Made by a program: the position numbers and the translations under genes. DNA of 64,000 nt from Macrostomum lignano (taxonomy: Eukaryota). Where the stretch lies: positions 248,001 to 312,000 of the forward strand of contig NIVC01000829.1 in assembly GCA_002269645.1 (NCBI GenBank). Direction: 5' to 3'. Of the stretch, positions 25,630-39,250 are shown one piece after another; positions within the stretch are counted from its first letter, which is position 1, and each line of letters begins with the position of its first letter. A model generated the notes under the pieces. It ran no database searches. It had not been told where the DNA came from and saw only the letters and a program-made list of their open reading frames with translations.

Positions 25630-28600
25630 TCATCTACATAAAAAACATGCAAGCTTACTACTCACACTCACTTTATCAGTAGTCAACACGGGTTCGCAAC
25701 CGGCCATCTGGTCAACTAGTTGATCAATCTGTTGAAACTGCCAAGGCCAGTTGACATTGTAAAGAAACTGCCGATGATCGAACCGGTTATCATCAATATT
25801 ATAAGCCTCTGCATGATAGGACGGAGTCAGCACAGTCACTTTGTGCCGGTTAATCGAATAAGATCGAAAAAAATGCTTCACTTTATCGGCCACAACTTTG
25901 GCGGAATGCTGAGGCCACAGACGCCGCAGGCGCAGGAACATGGCAACCGGGCCGCACTTGTCAAGTTTGCGCAATCTGCCATATGCTGACAGCTCATCGT
26001 AGGTCATACCCATGTCAACTTCATCAGTCTGGGCCAGCTGCCCATTAGCGGCCAGTGGCTCTAACTCAGCCGTAGGCGGAGCTGAGAAAATCTCTCCCAG
26101 AATGCTAATTCCGTGCCTACGCATCGAATAGCGGATAAATGATCTTAAATCGGATTTACTAATCCCTCCGATGGGATTAACATCGGCACTAGAGCAGTCG
26201 TATTTTGTCATGTAGCCGCGTAGGCCTTCGTCAAGATTGGCGCTGCCCAGCACCAACAGGTTGCCTGTCAGGCCTCTGTGGGGAAAACATGGAGAACTTT
26301 TATCCCTCAGGTCATCATGCAGCTAAACATTGTTAGAAATATCTAAGAAATATCTAAGAAATATCTAAGAAATATCTAAGAAATATCTTAGAAAGATTCT
26401 TTAAAATCTCTTCCCAGATTCCATTCTCATTCCAAATCTCTCCTGAGATCCCATTCTTATCACAAATCTCTCCCAAGATCCCATTCTCATCCCAAATCTC
26501 TCTCAAGATCCCATTCTCATCCCAAATCTCTCCCGAGATCCCATTCTCATCCCAAATCTCTCTCAAGATCCCATTCTCATCCCAAATCTCTCCCGAGATC
26601 CCATTCTCATCCCAAATCTCTCTCAAGATCCCATTCTCATCCCAAATCTCTCCCAAGATCCCATTCTTATCCCAAATCTCTCCTAAGATCTCATTCTTAT
26701 CCCAAATCTCTCCTAAGATCTCATTCTCATCCCAAATCTCTCCCAAGATCCCATTCTTATCCCAAATCTCTCCTAAGATCTCATTCTTATCCCAAATCTC
26801 TCCTAAGATCTCATTCTCATCCCAAATCTCTCCTAAGATCTCATTCTTATCCCAAATCTCTCCCGAGATCCCATTCTCATCCCAAATCTCTCCCGAGATC
26901 ACATTCTCATCACAAATCTCTCCCAAGATCCTATTCTTATCCTAAATGTCTCCCCAGATCTCATTCTCATCCCAAATCTTTCCCGAGATCCCATTCTCAT
27001 CCTAAATCTCTCCCAAGATCCCATTCTTATCCTAAATTTCTCCCAAGATCCCATTCTCATCCCAAATCTCTCTCAAGATCCCATTCTTATTCCAAATCTC
27101 TCCAAAAGTCCAAAGTTCACCGCGCTCACCTTGCCAGCAGCACCAGCTGAGCAAATAGATAGGCCAGCACCATTCGAACCCGAGCTTGCACATTCTGTAA
27201 TGCCAGATTTTCCTGGGCGCTGCCACCGTGAGCTCGAAATTTCGGTTGCAAACCGGTGCAGGCAACGAATATGGCTACCAGGGCCGATACCTGGATTTGG
27301 GCAGGGATAAGGGATTTTAACTACCCCATCAAATCATGATTGGGGATTTTAGGGGATCGAAAATCGATTAATCCGATCAAATCATAATTGGGGATTTCTG
27401 AGATTGGAAATCCATTTTTCCCATCAAATCACAAATGGGGATTTTTGGGATTGGAAATCGATTTATCCCATCAAATCACAAATGGGGATTTTTGTGATTA
27501 GAAATCGATTTATCCCATCAAATCACAAATGGGGATTTTTGTGATTAGAAATCGATTTATCCCATCAAATCACAAATTGGGATTTTTGAGATTGGAAATC
27601 GATTTATCCCATCAAATCACAAATGGGGATTTTTGTGATTAGAAATCGATTTATCCCATCAAATCACAAATTGGGATTTTTGAGATTGGAAATCGATTTA
27701 TCCCATCAAATCACAAATGGGGATTTTTGTGATTAGAAATCGATTTATCCCATCAAATCACAAATGGGGATTTTTGTGATTAGAAATCGATTTATCCCAT
27801 CAAATCACAAATTGGGATTTTTGAGATTGGAAATCGATTTATCCCATCAAATCACAAATGGGGATTTTTGTGATTAGAAATCGATTTATCCCATCAAATC
27901 ACAAATTGGGATTTTTGAGATTGGAAATCGATTTATCCCATCAAATCACAAATGGGGATTTTTGTGATTAGAAATCGATTTATCCCATCAAATCACAAAT
28001 TGGGATTTTTGAGATTGGAAATCGATTTATCCCATCAAATCACAAATGGGGATTTTTGAGATTGGAAATCGATTTATCCCATTAAATCATAAATGAGGAT
28101 TTTTTATATCGGAGATTAAATTATTTCCAGCAATTATGTATTGGGACTCTTAGGATCCAAAATTGGATTATCCTCATTTATGGGATTTGGAATAATAAAA
28201 AATGGGATAAACTAATACAAAAGTCTATATATACCGCAGCATCAATCCTCAAAGCCAGATGACTTGCTCCAATCTCCTTAGCCAGTTGTTCAGCTCGCTG
28301 TCTAGTCTCACTCGAGCTGTTCTCGGAGCCCATATAGCAGGTGGTGAACAGGCGCGAGCAAATGTCCTGCGGCGAGCCGGGTAGGAACTGAGGATCGCGA
28401 ACTATTCTGCGAAGGTCTTGCAGCACCTGGAATTTGTTTAAATGAAGAAATTTTATGAAACTCGTTCTGGTATGCAACAGTGCGCGCAAGATCTAGTATT
28501 CTTAGAAAACAGTGCGCGCAAGTTTCAGTATTCTTAGAAAACAATGCGCAGTTTCAGTTTTCTTGGAAAACAGTGTGCGCGAATTTTAGTATTCTCAGAA

Positions 28601-31600
28601 AACAGTGCGCTCAAGTTTCAGTATTCTTAGAAATCATTGCGCGCAAGTTTCAGAATTCTTAGCCAAGTAACTATATTAGCTATATAATAGCTAATATAGC
28701 TATAGAATTTTCTTAGAAAACAATGCGCAGAAGTTTGTTTTCTTAGAAACATTGCGCGCAAGATTTAGTATTCTTATTAGAAAACAGGGCGCGCAAGTTT
28801 CAGTATTCTTAGAAAACAATGCGCTTAAGTTTCAGTATTCTTAGAAATCATTGCGCGCAAGTTTCAGTATTCTTAGAAATCATTGCGCGCAAGTTTCAGT
28901 ATTCTTAGAAATCATTGCGCGCAAGTTTCAGTTTTCTTAGAAAACAATGCGCAGAAGTTTGTTTTCTTAGAAACATTGCGCGCAAGATTTAGTATTCTTA
29001 GAAAACAGGGCGCGCATCAGTATTCTTAAAAAAAACATTGCGCGCAAGTTTCAGTATTCTTAGAAAACAGGGCGCGCATCAGTATTCTTAAAAAAAAACA
29101 TTGCGCGCAAGTTTCAGTATTCTTAGAAAACAGGGCGCGCATCAGTATTCTTAAAAAAAACATTGCGCGCAAGATTTAGTATTCTTAGAAAACAGGGCGC
29201 GCATCAGTATTCTTAAAAAAAACATTGCGCGCAAGTTTCAGTATTCTTAGAAAACAGGGCGCGCATCAGTATTCTTAAAAAAAACATTGCGCGCAAGATT
29301 TAGTATTCTTAGAAAACAGGGCGCGCATCAGTATTCTTAAAAAAAACATTGCGCGCAAGTTTCAGTATTCTTAGAAAACAGGGCGCGCATCAGTATTCTT
29401 AAAAAAAACATTGCGCGCAAGTTTCAGTATTCTTAGAAAACAGGGCGCGCATCAGTATTCTTAAAAAAAACATTGCGCGCAAGTTTCAGTATTCTTAGAA
29501 AACAGTGCGCGCAAGTTTCAGAATTCTTAGCCAAGTAACTATATTACCTCTTGACAGCCGGACTGAACAGACTCGAACACCTGTACAGACATGCTGTAGA
29601 CAAGACACGAAGTGGCCGTACTGTCAATGCCTCCGCTTAGGGGAAGAAAATAGCCTGACTGACCGCTTCGTCTGAGATAATCCCACAGCCAGCAGGCTGG
29701 GCCCAGGGCGATTTCCTCTTCCGGCGTGTGATAGCGGGGCTCCATTGGTAGGTTGGTGCTCTGCCGTTGGTAAGTTGAAACAAAAATTTCTAACTATTAG
29801 AACTGGTATTTTCGAGAATTAATGTGAGCTTAAATACACACTATTACACGTTTGACGCTTTTCCTCCGTCTTACATGCAAAGTATCTATCTCGCCTTAAT
29901 ATCTAGTATCTAGTATCTCTAGTATCTCACCCCAGTCTCAAGTATCTATCTCACCCTAATCTCTAGTATCAATCTCACCCCAGTCTCTAGTATCTTTCTC
30001 ACCCTAATCTCTAGTATCAATCTCACCCCAGTCTCAAGTATCTATTTCACCCAATCTCAAGCATCTATCTCACCCCAGTCTCAAGTATCTATATCACCTT
30101 AATCTCTAGTATCTATCTCACCCCAATCTCAAGTATCTATCTCACCCTAATCTCAAGTATCTATTTCACCCAATCTCAAGCATCTATCTCACCCCAATCT
30201 CAAGTATCTATTTTACCCAATCTCAAGCATCTATCTCATCCCAATCTCAAGCATCTATCTCACTCCAATCTCAAGTATCTATCCCACCCCAATCTCAAGC
30301 ATCTATCTCACCCCAATCTCTAGTATCTATCTCACCCCAATCTCTAGTATCTATCTCACCCTAATCTCACGTATATATCCCACCCCAATCTCAAGCATCT
30401 ATCTCACCCCAATCTCTAGTATCTATCTCACCCTAATCTCACGTATCTATCTCACCCTAATCTCACGTATCTATCTCACCCCAATCTCTAGTATCTATCT
30501 CACCCCAATCTCACGTATCTATCTCACCCCAATCTCTAGTATCTATCTCACCCCAATCTCTAGTATCTATCTCACCCCAATCTCAAGCATCTATCTCACC
30601 CAATCTCAAGCATCTATCTCACCCCAATCTCAAGCATCTATCTCACCCCAATCTCTAGTATCTATCTCACCCAATCTCAAGCATCTATCTCACACCAATC
30701 TCTAGTATCTATCTCACCCAATCTCAAGTATCTATCTCACCCAATCTCAAGCATCTATCTCACCCCAATCTCTAGTATCTATCTCACCCCAATCTCAAGC
30801 ATCTATCTCACCCCAATCTCAAGCATCTATCTCACCCCAATCTCTAGTATCTATCTCACCCTAATCTCAATTATCTATCTCACCCCAATCTCTAGTATCT
30901 ATCTCACCCAATCTCAAGCATCTATCTCACCCCAATCTCAATTATCTATCTCACCCCAATCTCAATTATCTATCTCACCCAATCTCAAGCATCTATCTCA
31001 CCCCAATCTCAAGCATCTATCTCACCCCAATCTCTAGTATCTATCTCACCCAATCTCAAGCATCTATCTCACACCAATCTCTAGGATCTATCTCACCCTA
31101 ATCTCTAGTATCTATCTCACTTCAGTCTCTAGTATCTATCTCACCCCAATCTCTAGTATCTATCTCACCCCAATCTCAAGCATCTATCTCACCCCAATCT
31201 CAAGCATCTATCTTACCCCAATCTCTAGTATCTATCTCACACCAATCTCTAGGATCTATCTCACCCTAATCTCAAGCATCTATCTCACCCCAATCTCTAG
31301 TATCTATCTCACCCTAATCTCACGTATCTATCTCACCCCAATCTCAAGCATCTATCTCACCCCAATCTCTAGTATCTATCTCACCCCAATCTCTAGTATC
31401 TATCCCACCCCAATCTCAAGCATCTATCTCACCCCAATCTCTAGTATCTATCTCACCCCAATCTCTAGTATCTATCCCACCCCAATCTCAAGCATCTATC
31501 TCACCCCAATCTCTAGTATCTATCTCACCTCAATCTCACGTATATATCCCACCCCAATCTCAAGCATCTATTTCACCCCAATCTCACGTATCTATCTCAC

Positions 31601-34248
31601 CTCAATCTCACGTATCTATCTCACCCCAATCTCACGTATCTATCTTACCCTAATCTCACGTATCTATCTCACCCCAATCTTAAGTATCTATCTCACCCCA
31701 ATCTCTAGTATCTATCTCACCCAATCTCAAGCATCTATCTCACCCCAATCTCAAGCATCTATCTCACCCCAATCTCAAGTATCTATCTCACCCTAATCTC
31801 ACGTATCTATCTCACCCCAATCTCAAGCATCTATCTCACCCTAATCTCACGTATCTATCTCACCCCAATCTCTAGTATATATCCCACCCCAATCTCAAGC
31901 ATCTATCTCACCCCAATCTCAAGTATCTATCTCACCCCAATCTCACGTATCTATCTCACCCCAATCTCACGTATATATCCCACCCCAATCTCAAGCATCT
32001 ATTTCACCCCAATCTCACGTATCTATCTCACCTCAATCTCACGTATCTATCTCACCCCAATCTCACGTATCTATCTTACCCTAATCTCACGTATCTATCT
32101 CACCCCAATCTTAAGTATCTATCTCACCCCAATCTCTAGTATCTATCTCACCCAATCTCAAGCATCTATCTCACCCCAATCTCAAGCATCTATCTCACCC
32201 CAATCTCTAGTATCTATCTCACCCTAATCTCACGTATCTATCTCACCCCAATCTCAAGCATCTATCTCACCCTAATCTCACGTATCTATCTCACCCCAAT
32301 CTCTAGTATATATCCCACCCCAATCTCAAGCATCTATCTCACCCAATCTCAAGTATCTATCTCACCCCAATCTCACGTATCTATCTCACCCCAATCTCAC
32401 GTATCTATCTCACCCCAATCTCACGTATCTATCTCACCGCAATCTCAAGTACCTATCTCACCATCTCACCCACCTGACAGGCCGCAGCCACATCTTGGCG
32501 GCACAGACGCCACTGCGGCACAGCAATTCGAGTCAATGCGGGTGCCTCAGCGCTCTGCTGGCAGTGTGACCGGTTGGCCTGCCTATAGTTGCGAATCTCT
32601 TCCAAGTCAACAGTGGCCGAAGTGACTTCGACTTCTTCTAAAGCGAATTGCCGACTCTGAGCTACCAACCTGCCGTTCATAGCAACCAAAGCGGAACCGT
32701 CGTAATAAACTCGTTCGCCATCACAGCCTCTCAGATTAGAGTACAGATACAATCCACCAGCTTTATTAGTACAGCTAGAGATTAGATCTACCCGGCGATT
32801 GAGCTTTCTCAGCTGGTGATAGCTACCCGAGCTGTTCACCACAATGTCAACACCATTCAGAAACAGATCGATATGACTGGATCCGATTGTCCAAATCTCT
32901 TCGCAAGTTTCAAAACCCAGACTGGCATCGCGAAATGCCAGCACAGCGTCGCCAAACGGAGCAGTGGATTGGCCAATGGCCGACTCAATCAAGTCTGGCA
33001 GCTGGAAAGTTTTGTCAATTTCGCCGCGTTTTGTCCAACGGGAGAACCAGCGGGATTCCCTGCGGGTGGGTATGGTATTTACTGACTTCTAAACCCCTGA
33101 TAATTAATGTATTATAGCACTGCTCATGGAGGCTCATATATTTTTCTAACTATTAAAAGATAAACTCAGATACTTCAGGGAGGGTTTGATCGCTTCTATT
33201 CAAATAATTCAGGGAGGGTCTGATCGCTTCTATTCAGATACTTCAGGGAGGGTCTGGTCGCTTCTATTTAGATACTTCAGGGAGGGTTTGATCGCTTCTA
33301 TTTAGATACTTCACGGAGGGTCTGGTCGCTTCTATTCAGATAATTCAGGTAGGGTCTAATCGCTTCTATTCAGATACTTCAGGGAGGGTCTGATCGCTTC
33401 TATTCAGATACTTCAGGGAGGGTTTGATCGCTTCTATTCAAATACTTCAGGGAGGGTCTGATCGCTTCTGTTTAGATACTTCAGGTAGGGTCTAGTCGCT
33501 TCTATTTAGATACTTCACTACTTCAGGTAGGGTCTAATCGCTTCTATTCAGATACTTCAGGGAGGGTCTGATCGCTTCTATTCAGATACTTCAGGGAGGG
33601 TCTGATCGCTTCTATTCAGATACTTCAGGGGTCTGGTCACTACAAATCACAAACTTAAGGGAGGGTCTGATCGCTTCAAATCACAAACTTCATGGAGGGT
33701 CTGATCGCTTCAAATCACAAACTTCAGGGAGGGTCTGATCGCTTCAAATCACAAACTTCATGGAGGGTCTGATCGCTTCAAATCACAAACTTCATGGAGG
33801 GTCTGATCGCTTCAAATCACAAACTTCATGGAGGGTCTGATCGCTTCAAATCACAAATACTAACTAATAACCTGTAATTTCCATCGTCAGCCATTCGAGT
33901 TTTCGGTCGAATAAGCAGCACCTGACCGTTGAGAAACACAACCCGACAATTGTAGGCCACGCCGAGATGCCTCACGGGCATGCCAACATCGCAGACAATA
34001 TCCCTAGTAGCCGGATCAATTAGCAGATCCCTTAACACCTGCCAACTATGCAGAAAGGTGTCACCTTCGTAGAAATGGTCAGAACAACCGTAGCCGCTGA
34101 TCTCCAGCTCAGGGCCAAGTCGATAAGATGCTCCAAGTCGTTTAGCTTCGATAATACTCGATAATATTCTGCGCTTATTACCGGCAAAATCCATGGACCA
34201 TTGGTTGAGCACACAGGTGGCCATTGTGCACAGGCTAGCGGCTTCCAT
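25630..34248 (-). CDS. NADSYN1: Glutamine-dependent NAD(+) synthetase; exons 34248-33872, 33059-32474, 29760-29548, 28426-28235, 27290-27130, 26275-25630 (724 aa unspliced end) or 26275-25672 if spliced onward
   Basis: Nitrilase triad GPELE / IRPK / CEEIW, P-loop [53 protein letters not shown]. All five introns are GT-AG and phase-compatible. Confidence 0.96.
26410..27100. repeat. 30-bp minisatellite, NADSYN1 intron 5
   Basis: CCCAAATCTCTCCCAAGATCCCATTCTCAT units. Confidence 0.92.
27365..28090. repeat. 47-bp hairpin-containing minisatellite, NADSYN1 intron 4
   Basis: AATCACAAA-TGGGGATT-TTTGTGATT inverted repeat plus an AAATCGATTT palindrome per unit. Confidence 0.92.
28480..29530. repeat. 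GCGCGC-containing ~30/60-bp minisatellite, NADSYN1 intron 3
   Basis: CTTAGAAAACAGGGCGCGCATCAGTATT and CATTGCGCGCAAGTTTCAGTATT units. Confidence 0.9.
29920..32450. repeat. ~24-bp minisatellite (2.5 kb), NADSYN1 intron 2
   Basis: AATCTCAAGCATCTATCTCACCCC units. Confidence 0.95.
33170..33860. repeat. 34-bp minisatellite with two subtypes, NADSYN1 intron 1
   Basis: CTTCAGGGAGGGTCTGATCGCTTC core with TATTCAGATA or AAATCACAAA ends. Confidence 0.9.
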
Positions 34249-34394
34249 ATTGCTGCGAAATTATATTTGTTTATTTATCTGCAGGCTTCTTCTTTCGGTA
34301 AATCAAATTTTATGTTGGATATTTGCATGAAATTGAAAAAAAAATTCACACTAAAATATCTACTGACAATCACCGTAGGAAAACGTGACACACT

Positions 34395-35815
34395 GGGAAT
34401 CACACTGAGAATCACACTCTGAGAATCACACTGAGAATCACACTCTGAGAATCACACTCTGAGAATCACACACTAAGAATCACACACTTAAAATCACACT
34501 GAGAATCACACTCTGAGAATCACACACTAAAAATCACACTAAGAATCACACACTAAGAATCACACACTGAGAATCCCACACTGGGAATCCCACACTGGGA
34601 ATCCCACACTGGGAATCCCACACTGAGAATCCCACACTGGGAATCCCACACTGGGAATCCCACACTGAGAATCCCACACTGAGAATCACACACTAAAATC
34701 GGATTCAGAAAATAAATTCGACCCTATATGACTTAACTTTAAGAACCAAGAATTTTAGTTCAAAGAAATTGAAACGCGCAAGAGAAGATGAGACACAAAC
34801 AAGAATTGGGAGGGGCAGAGCAGGTTGGCGCCTTTGCCTGCAGGGAAAATTTTGTCTCATGAAAACATCTCTAATCCATGCAGGGTGCGAGCCACTAATC
34901 TCCTTTTTACTGATAACTGGGTTATTTAATAATCACCTCACTAATCCCATTTCTAATCCCAAATCCTACCACTAATCCCATTTCTAATCCCAAATCCCAC
35001 CACTAATCCCATTTCTAATCCCAAATCCCACCACTAATCCCATTTCTAATCCCAAATCCCACCACTAATCCCATTTCTAATCCCAAATCCCACCACTAAT
35101 CCCATTTCTAATCCCAAATCCCACCACTAATCCCATTTCTAATCCCAAATCCTACCACTAATCCCATTTCTAATCCCAAATCCCACCACTAATCCCATTT
35201 CTAATCCCAAATCCCACCACTAAACCCATTTCTAATCCCAAATCCCACCACTAAACCCATTTCTAATCCCAAATCCCACCACTAATCCCATTTCTAATCC
35301 CAAATCCCACCACTAATCCCATTTCTAATCCCAAATCCCACCACTAATCCCAAATCCCACCACTAATCCCAAATCCCACCACTAATCCCAAATCCCACCA
35401 CTAAACCCATTTCTAATCCCAAATCCCACCACTAATCCCATTTCTAATCCCAAATCCCACCACTAAACCCATTTCTAATCCCAAATCCCACCACTAATCC
35501 CATTTCTAATCCCAAATCCCACCACTAATCCCATTTCTAATCCCAAATCCCACCACTAATCCCAAATCCCACCACTAATCCCATTTCTAATCCCAAATCC
35601 CACCACTAAACCCATTTCTAATCCCAAATCCCACCACTAATCCCATTTCTAATCCCAAATCACCTCACTAATCCCATTTCTAATCCCAAATCACCTCGCT
35701 AATCTAATTTAAAATCCTAAATCCCATCACTAATCCCAAATCCCACGACTAATCCCAATTCTAATCATAAATCATCTCACTAATCCCAAATCACCTCACT
35801 AATCCTATTTCTAAT
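34395..35815. repeat. Two arrays in the PDSS2-NADSYN1 spacer: 12-14-bp GAGAATCACACT (34395-34695) and 31-bp CACTAATCCCATTTCTAATCCCAAATCCCAC (34935-35815)
   Basis: Direct inspection. Confidence 0.9.
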
Positions 35816-36070
35816 CTCCGACTTTGTTATTGAGACACTTAATATTTAAAAAAGTAAATAAATTAAGACACAAAGACAATATGATCTGAAACGCAACATA
35901 TTCATGTTCTATAGATAAAAAAGTTACTGATGCTGTGATTCAAAGATTAACAAATTAAAGAAGAAATTACGAATAGAGAAAATGCATTCAAATAAACTTT
36001 TATAGCATCTTTTAATAAATGGAAACTAAAAGCGGTATGCAAAACAGAATGGCACTCAGTAATAACTTGA

Positions 36071-38178
36071 TTAAACTCTTTGTTCAACAAGCAGTGCTCT
36101 AACAATTTGTCTCAAATAATGAGTGCAGTAGCCACCAGCAGGCCAAGAGTCAATAGTTGACAGGCATTGATCAGCATTCGAATTTAACAGATCGTTAATT
36201 TCTGCCGGAGTTGAAATTCTTTCCAACAGACAAGAGGCTCCGGCGATTGAAGAGTGTTCAACCTTTTCCTTATAGGCATGTTGTAATATTGCGAAACTCT
36301 CAGAGAACTGTTCGATAGACTGATCCTCAGCAGAACTGGTTGCACACTGGTGATAATTGTAATTGGCATTGTCTGTTGCCAGAATCAATGCACTGCGAAT
36401 TGATTTCGATAGTAAGGATGCAGAGGTCAGACGGACATAGTCGAGCCAAGCGGACATGTCTGGCAATTTGTTGCTGCTAGGGCTGTTTCTAAAATTAAAT
36501 AAGTATAATTGGCACTTTGACTTATATAATAAACCTTAAAATATAGATTTCTAAACCAGCCAATCAGAAAACAGCTGGGATTCCCCAACTGAACAACCAA
36601 CCAATCAGAAAACAGCTGGGATTCCCTAACTAACCAACCAGCCAATCAGAAAATAGCTGGAATTTCCCAACTAACCAACCAGCCAATCAGAAAACAGCTG
36701 GGATTCCCAACTGACCAACCAGCCAATCAGAAAACAACTGGGATTCCCAACTGACCAACCAGCCAATCAGAAAACAGCTGGGATTCCCAACTGACCAACC
36801 AGCCAATCAGAAAACAGCTGGGATTCCCAACTGACCAACCAGCCAATCAGAAAACAACTGGGATTCCCAACTGACCAACCAGCCAATCAGAAAACAGCTG
36901 GGATTCCCAACTGACCAACCAGCCAATCAGAAAACAGCTGGGATTCCCGAACTGGAAAACCAGCCAATCAGAAAACAACTGGGATTCCCCAACTGACCAA
37001 CCAGCCAATCAGAAAACAGCTGGGATTCCTTAACTAACCAACCAGCCAATCAGAAAACAAGAGTACTTGAAACTCACTCGGTACCAGCCGCATTCGCAAT
37101 AAGGCTGAAGCGCCCAGCAACAATATCGCAAATCGCTTCGCTAATTAATTTGACAACCGGCGGTCTGTCCAACTCTGCCAGACCCAGAGAAGCAGACGCC
37201 AGCAAGTAGTCTCCAGCTAGAGCAGCTAAAGCGTTGCCTTTAGCCAAATCAGAGTTGGTTGGCGGTACAACTCGAGAATGGATTGACAGGGCGGTGTACA
37301 CAGAATCGGCTATGTCTGCTAGTTGACATTGGCGCCGGCGCAGAAGTTCGAGGTCGTGCAGATCGCTGCCTCTTGGTTGAGTCGGGATTGAGAACAGAGT
37401 TAGGAATTAAGTTATGATAGTATAATATTGTGCAGAGTTTAATAAATTGGAGATTTTAACTACAGTGGAGAACATTTGAGATTTTCGTGACACTTTCATT
37501 TATGAAAAAATGGGATCTTTTTATAGCATCTTCAGCTACGAAAAATAGGATAATTTTATAAGAAGTACATTTTTGAGAAATGGAAGATTTTCATAACACC
37601 CTTGCTTAATAAAAGACGGGATATTTCTCTGCATCCTTATTTATGAAAAAATGGGAATATACTCGTATTTCCATAACATCCTCATTCAGCATCTTTACTT
37701 AGCTTCATCATTTATAAAAGACAGGATATTTTCACTGTATGCCAACCTACTTAGTCAAAAGCTCCTCGTGAGCCCTAGCAACTAGCAGCACAACAGCTCT
37801 CCGAGTCTGACCCACAGCTGAAGCCAAAGCTGATGAGGCACTGCTATCACTAGATAAGCCGCCACTGCCTCCCACAGCGGAGAACAACAAAGACCGTTTC
37901 GCATCCTCAACCAGTGGATGCTTCGTGCCGGCCAAACCACGCAAGCTGGCGGCCAAACCTCCAAGATCTTGCGACAGTAGATTTCGGACAAACGGGTGCG
38001 CTGGTGGAGACTGCAATCGACATTCTGCTTCTGATAGGATTGCCCTCAGAGTAGATGACGAAGGCTGGCCAACTAGAGTAGAGCTGGATCTACTTGTTAA
38101 CCAGCAGGGCGGGCAGAAGTAATGCTTCAATCTAACAAACAGAAATGGAGCAATACTACTACTTTTAGTAGCTGTCAT
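36071..38178 (-). CDS. PDSS2: Decaprenyl/solanesyl diphosphate synthase subunit 2, ~377 aa; exons 38178-37751, ~37371-37078, 36482-36071
   Basis: Trans-prenyltransferase fold with the first DDxxD replaced (IHSRVV), GNALAALAGDYLLASAS, VVKLISEAICDIVAG. Two phase-2 GT-AG introns (GTAGGT, GTGAGT donors). Confidence 0.85.
36555..37060. repeat. 40-bp minisatellite, PDSS2 intron 2, one CCAATCAG per unit
   Basis: AGCCAATCAGAAAACAGCTGGGATTCCCAACTGACCAACC units, 13 counted. Confidence 0.92.
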
Positions 38179-39250
38179 TATCTGAAAATGTATTGATAAG
38201 CAATGCTTTCAAGGTAAATCTCAAATAGAACTTCACAAGTCAAAAACCATATGGGATTCCCCTATCCAACACATCAGAAACCTTATGGGATTTCCCCATC
38301 CAATACATCAGAAACCTTATGGGATTCCCCTATCTAACACATCAGAAACCTTATGGGATTCCCCTATCTAACACATCAGAAACCTTATGGGATTCCCCTA
38401 TCTAACACATCAGAAACCTTATGGGATTGCCTTATGTAACACATTAAAAACATGAAACTTATAATAAATATAAGACATGCACAGCCAATGGCAGTGTGTG
38501 CAACGCAGTGGTGACTATGTGGAGAAGTCTCAGGACAATTTTGATGATTAACTTTTAACTGTTCTTTCCTTAGCTTTCATGTTGCGGATGTTTTGTTGGT
38601 TTGTTGAATGTTTCTTTTCGTGCATCAGGTACAAAGCTTTGTCTATGGCAACTTGTAGAAGTAGCACAGGGGTTGGGGCAGAAAAGTGCTCATATCTCAA
38701 GAATGCCAGCAGATACAGAAATAAATAGAAAGTCATTTTAATGGGCAGACAATTGCTTGTTAACTGCTACATAATAAATATTTCTGATTGGTCAGAAAAA
38801 GCTGTAGTGAAGAAATTGCACCGACTTTTGGGACACTCCTTGTATATATAAGAGTTTTATAGATAAAAAATTTTATTTATAAGATTTAATAGAAATAATA
38901 AGAATACCAAGTTACTTTTCTACTTTTAAAACTATCAAAAAGGGAGTGTCCCTATAATAGCTTTTTGCTATATTGGAATAAAATAATACAACCATAATTA
39001 AAAACATAAGCTGACATACTGAATATTTTCTAAAAATAACCAAACTGCTAATTCTAACACTATCAGTATCAATATATTAAAAAATTCTCATAGATAGAAG
39101 ATCCAATTTAATTTTAGTTATTAGTGTATTCTAGTGATAGACCTAATATGAATTTTTATAAGTTTCTAAAACCAAATTCAAATATACAAAAAATTCCAAA
39201 TCTGAATCTGAATATCCGAATATATTTTGGAATATAAACAAAAAACAAAA

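Noticed and set aside
27365-28090. CRISPR-like palindromic repeat array
   Set aside because: There are no unique spacers and no cas genes, and it sits in a eukaryotic intron.
34935-35815. Interstitial telomeric repeat
   Set aside because: The unit is a 31-mer with GGGATTAG/GGGATTT, not TTAGGG. G4 potential is modest (loops of 4-9 nt).
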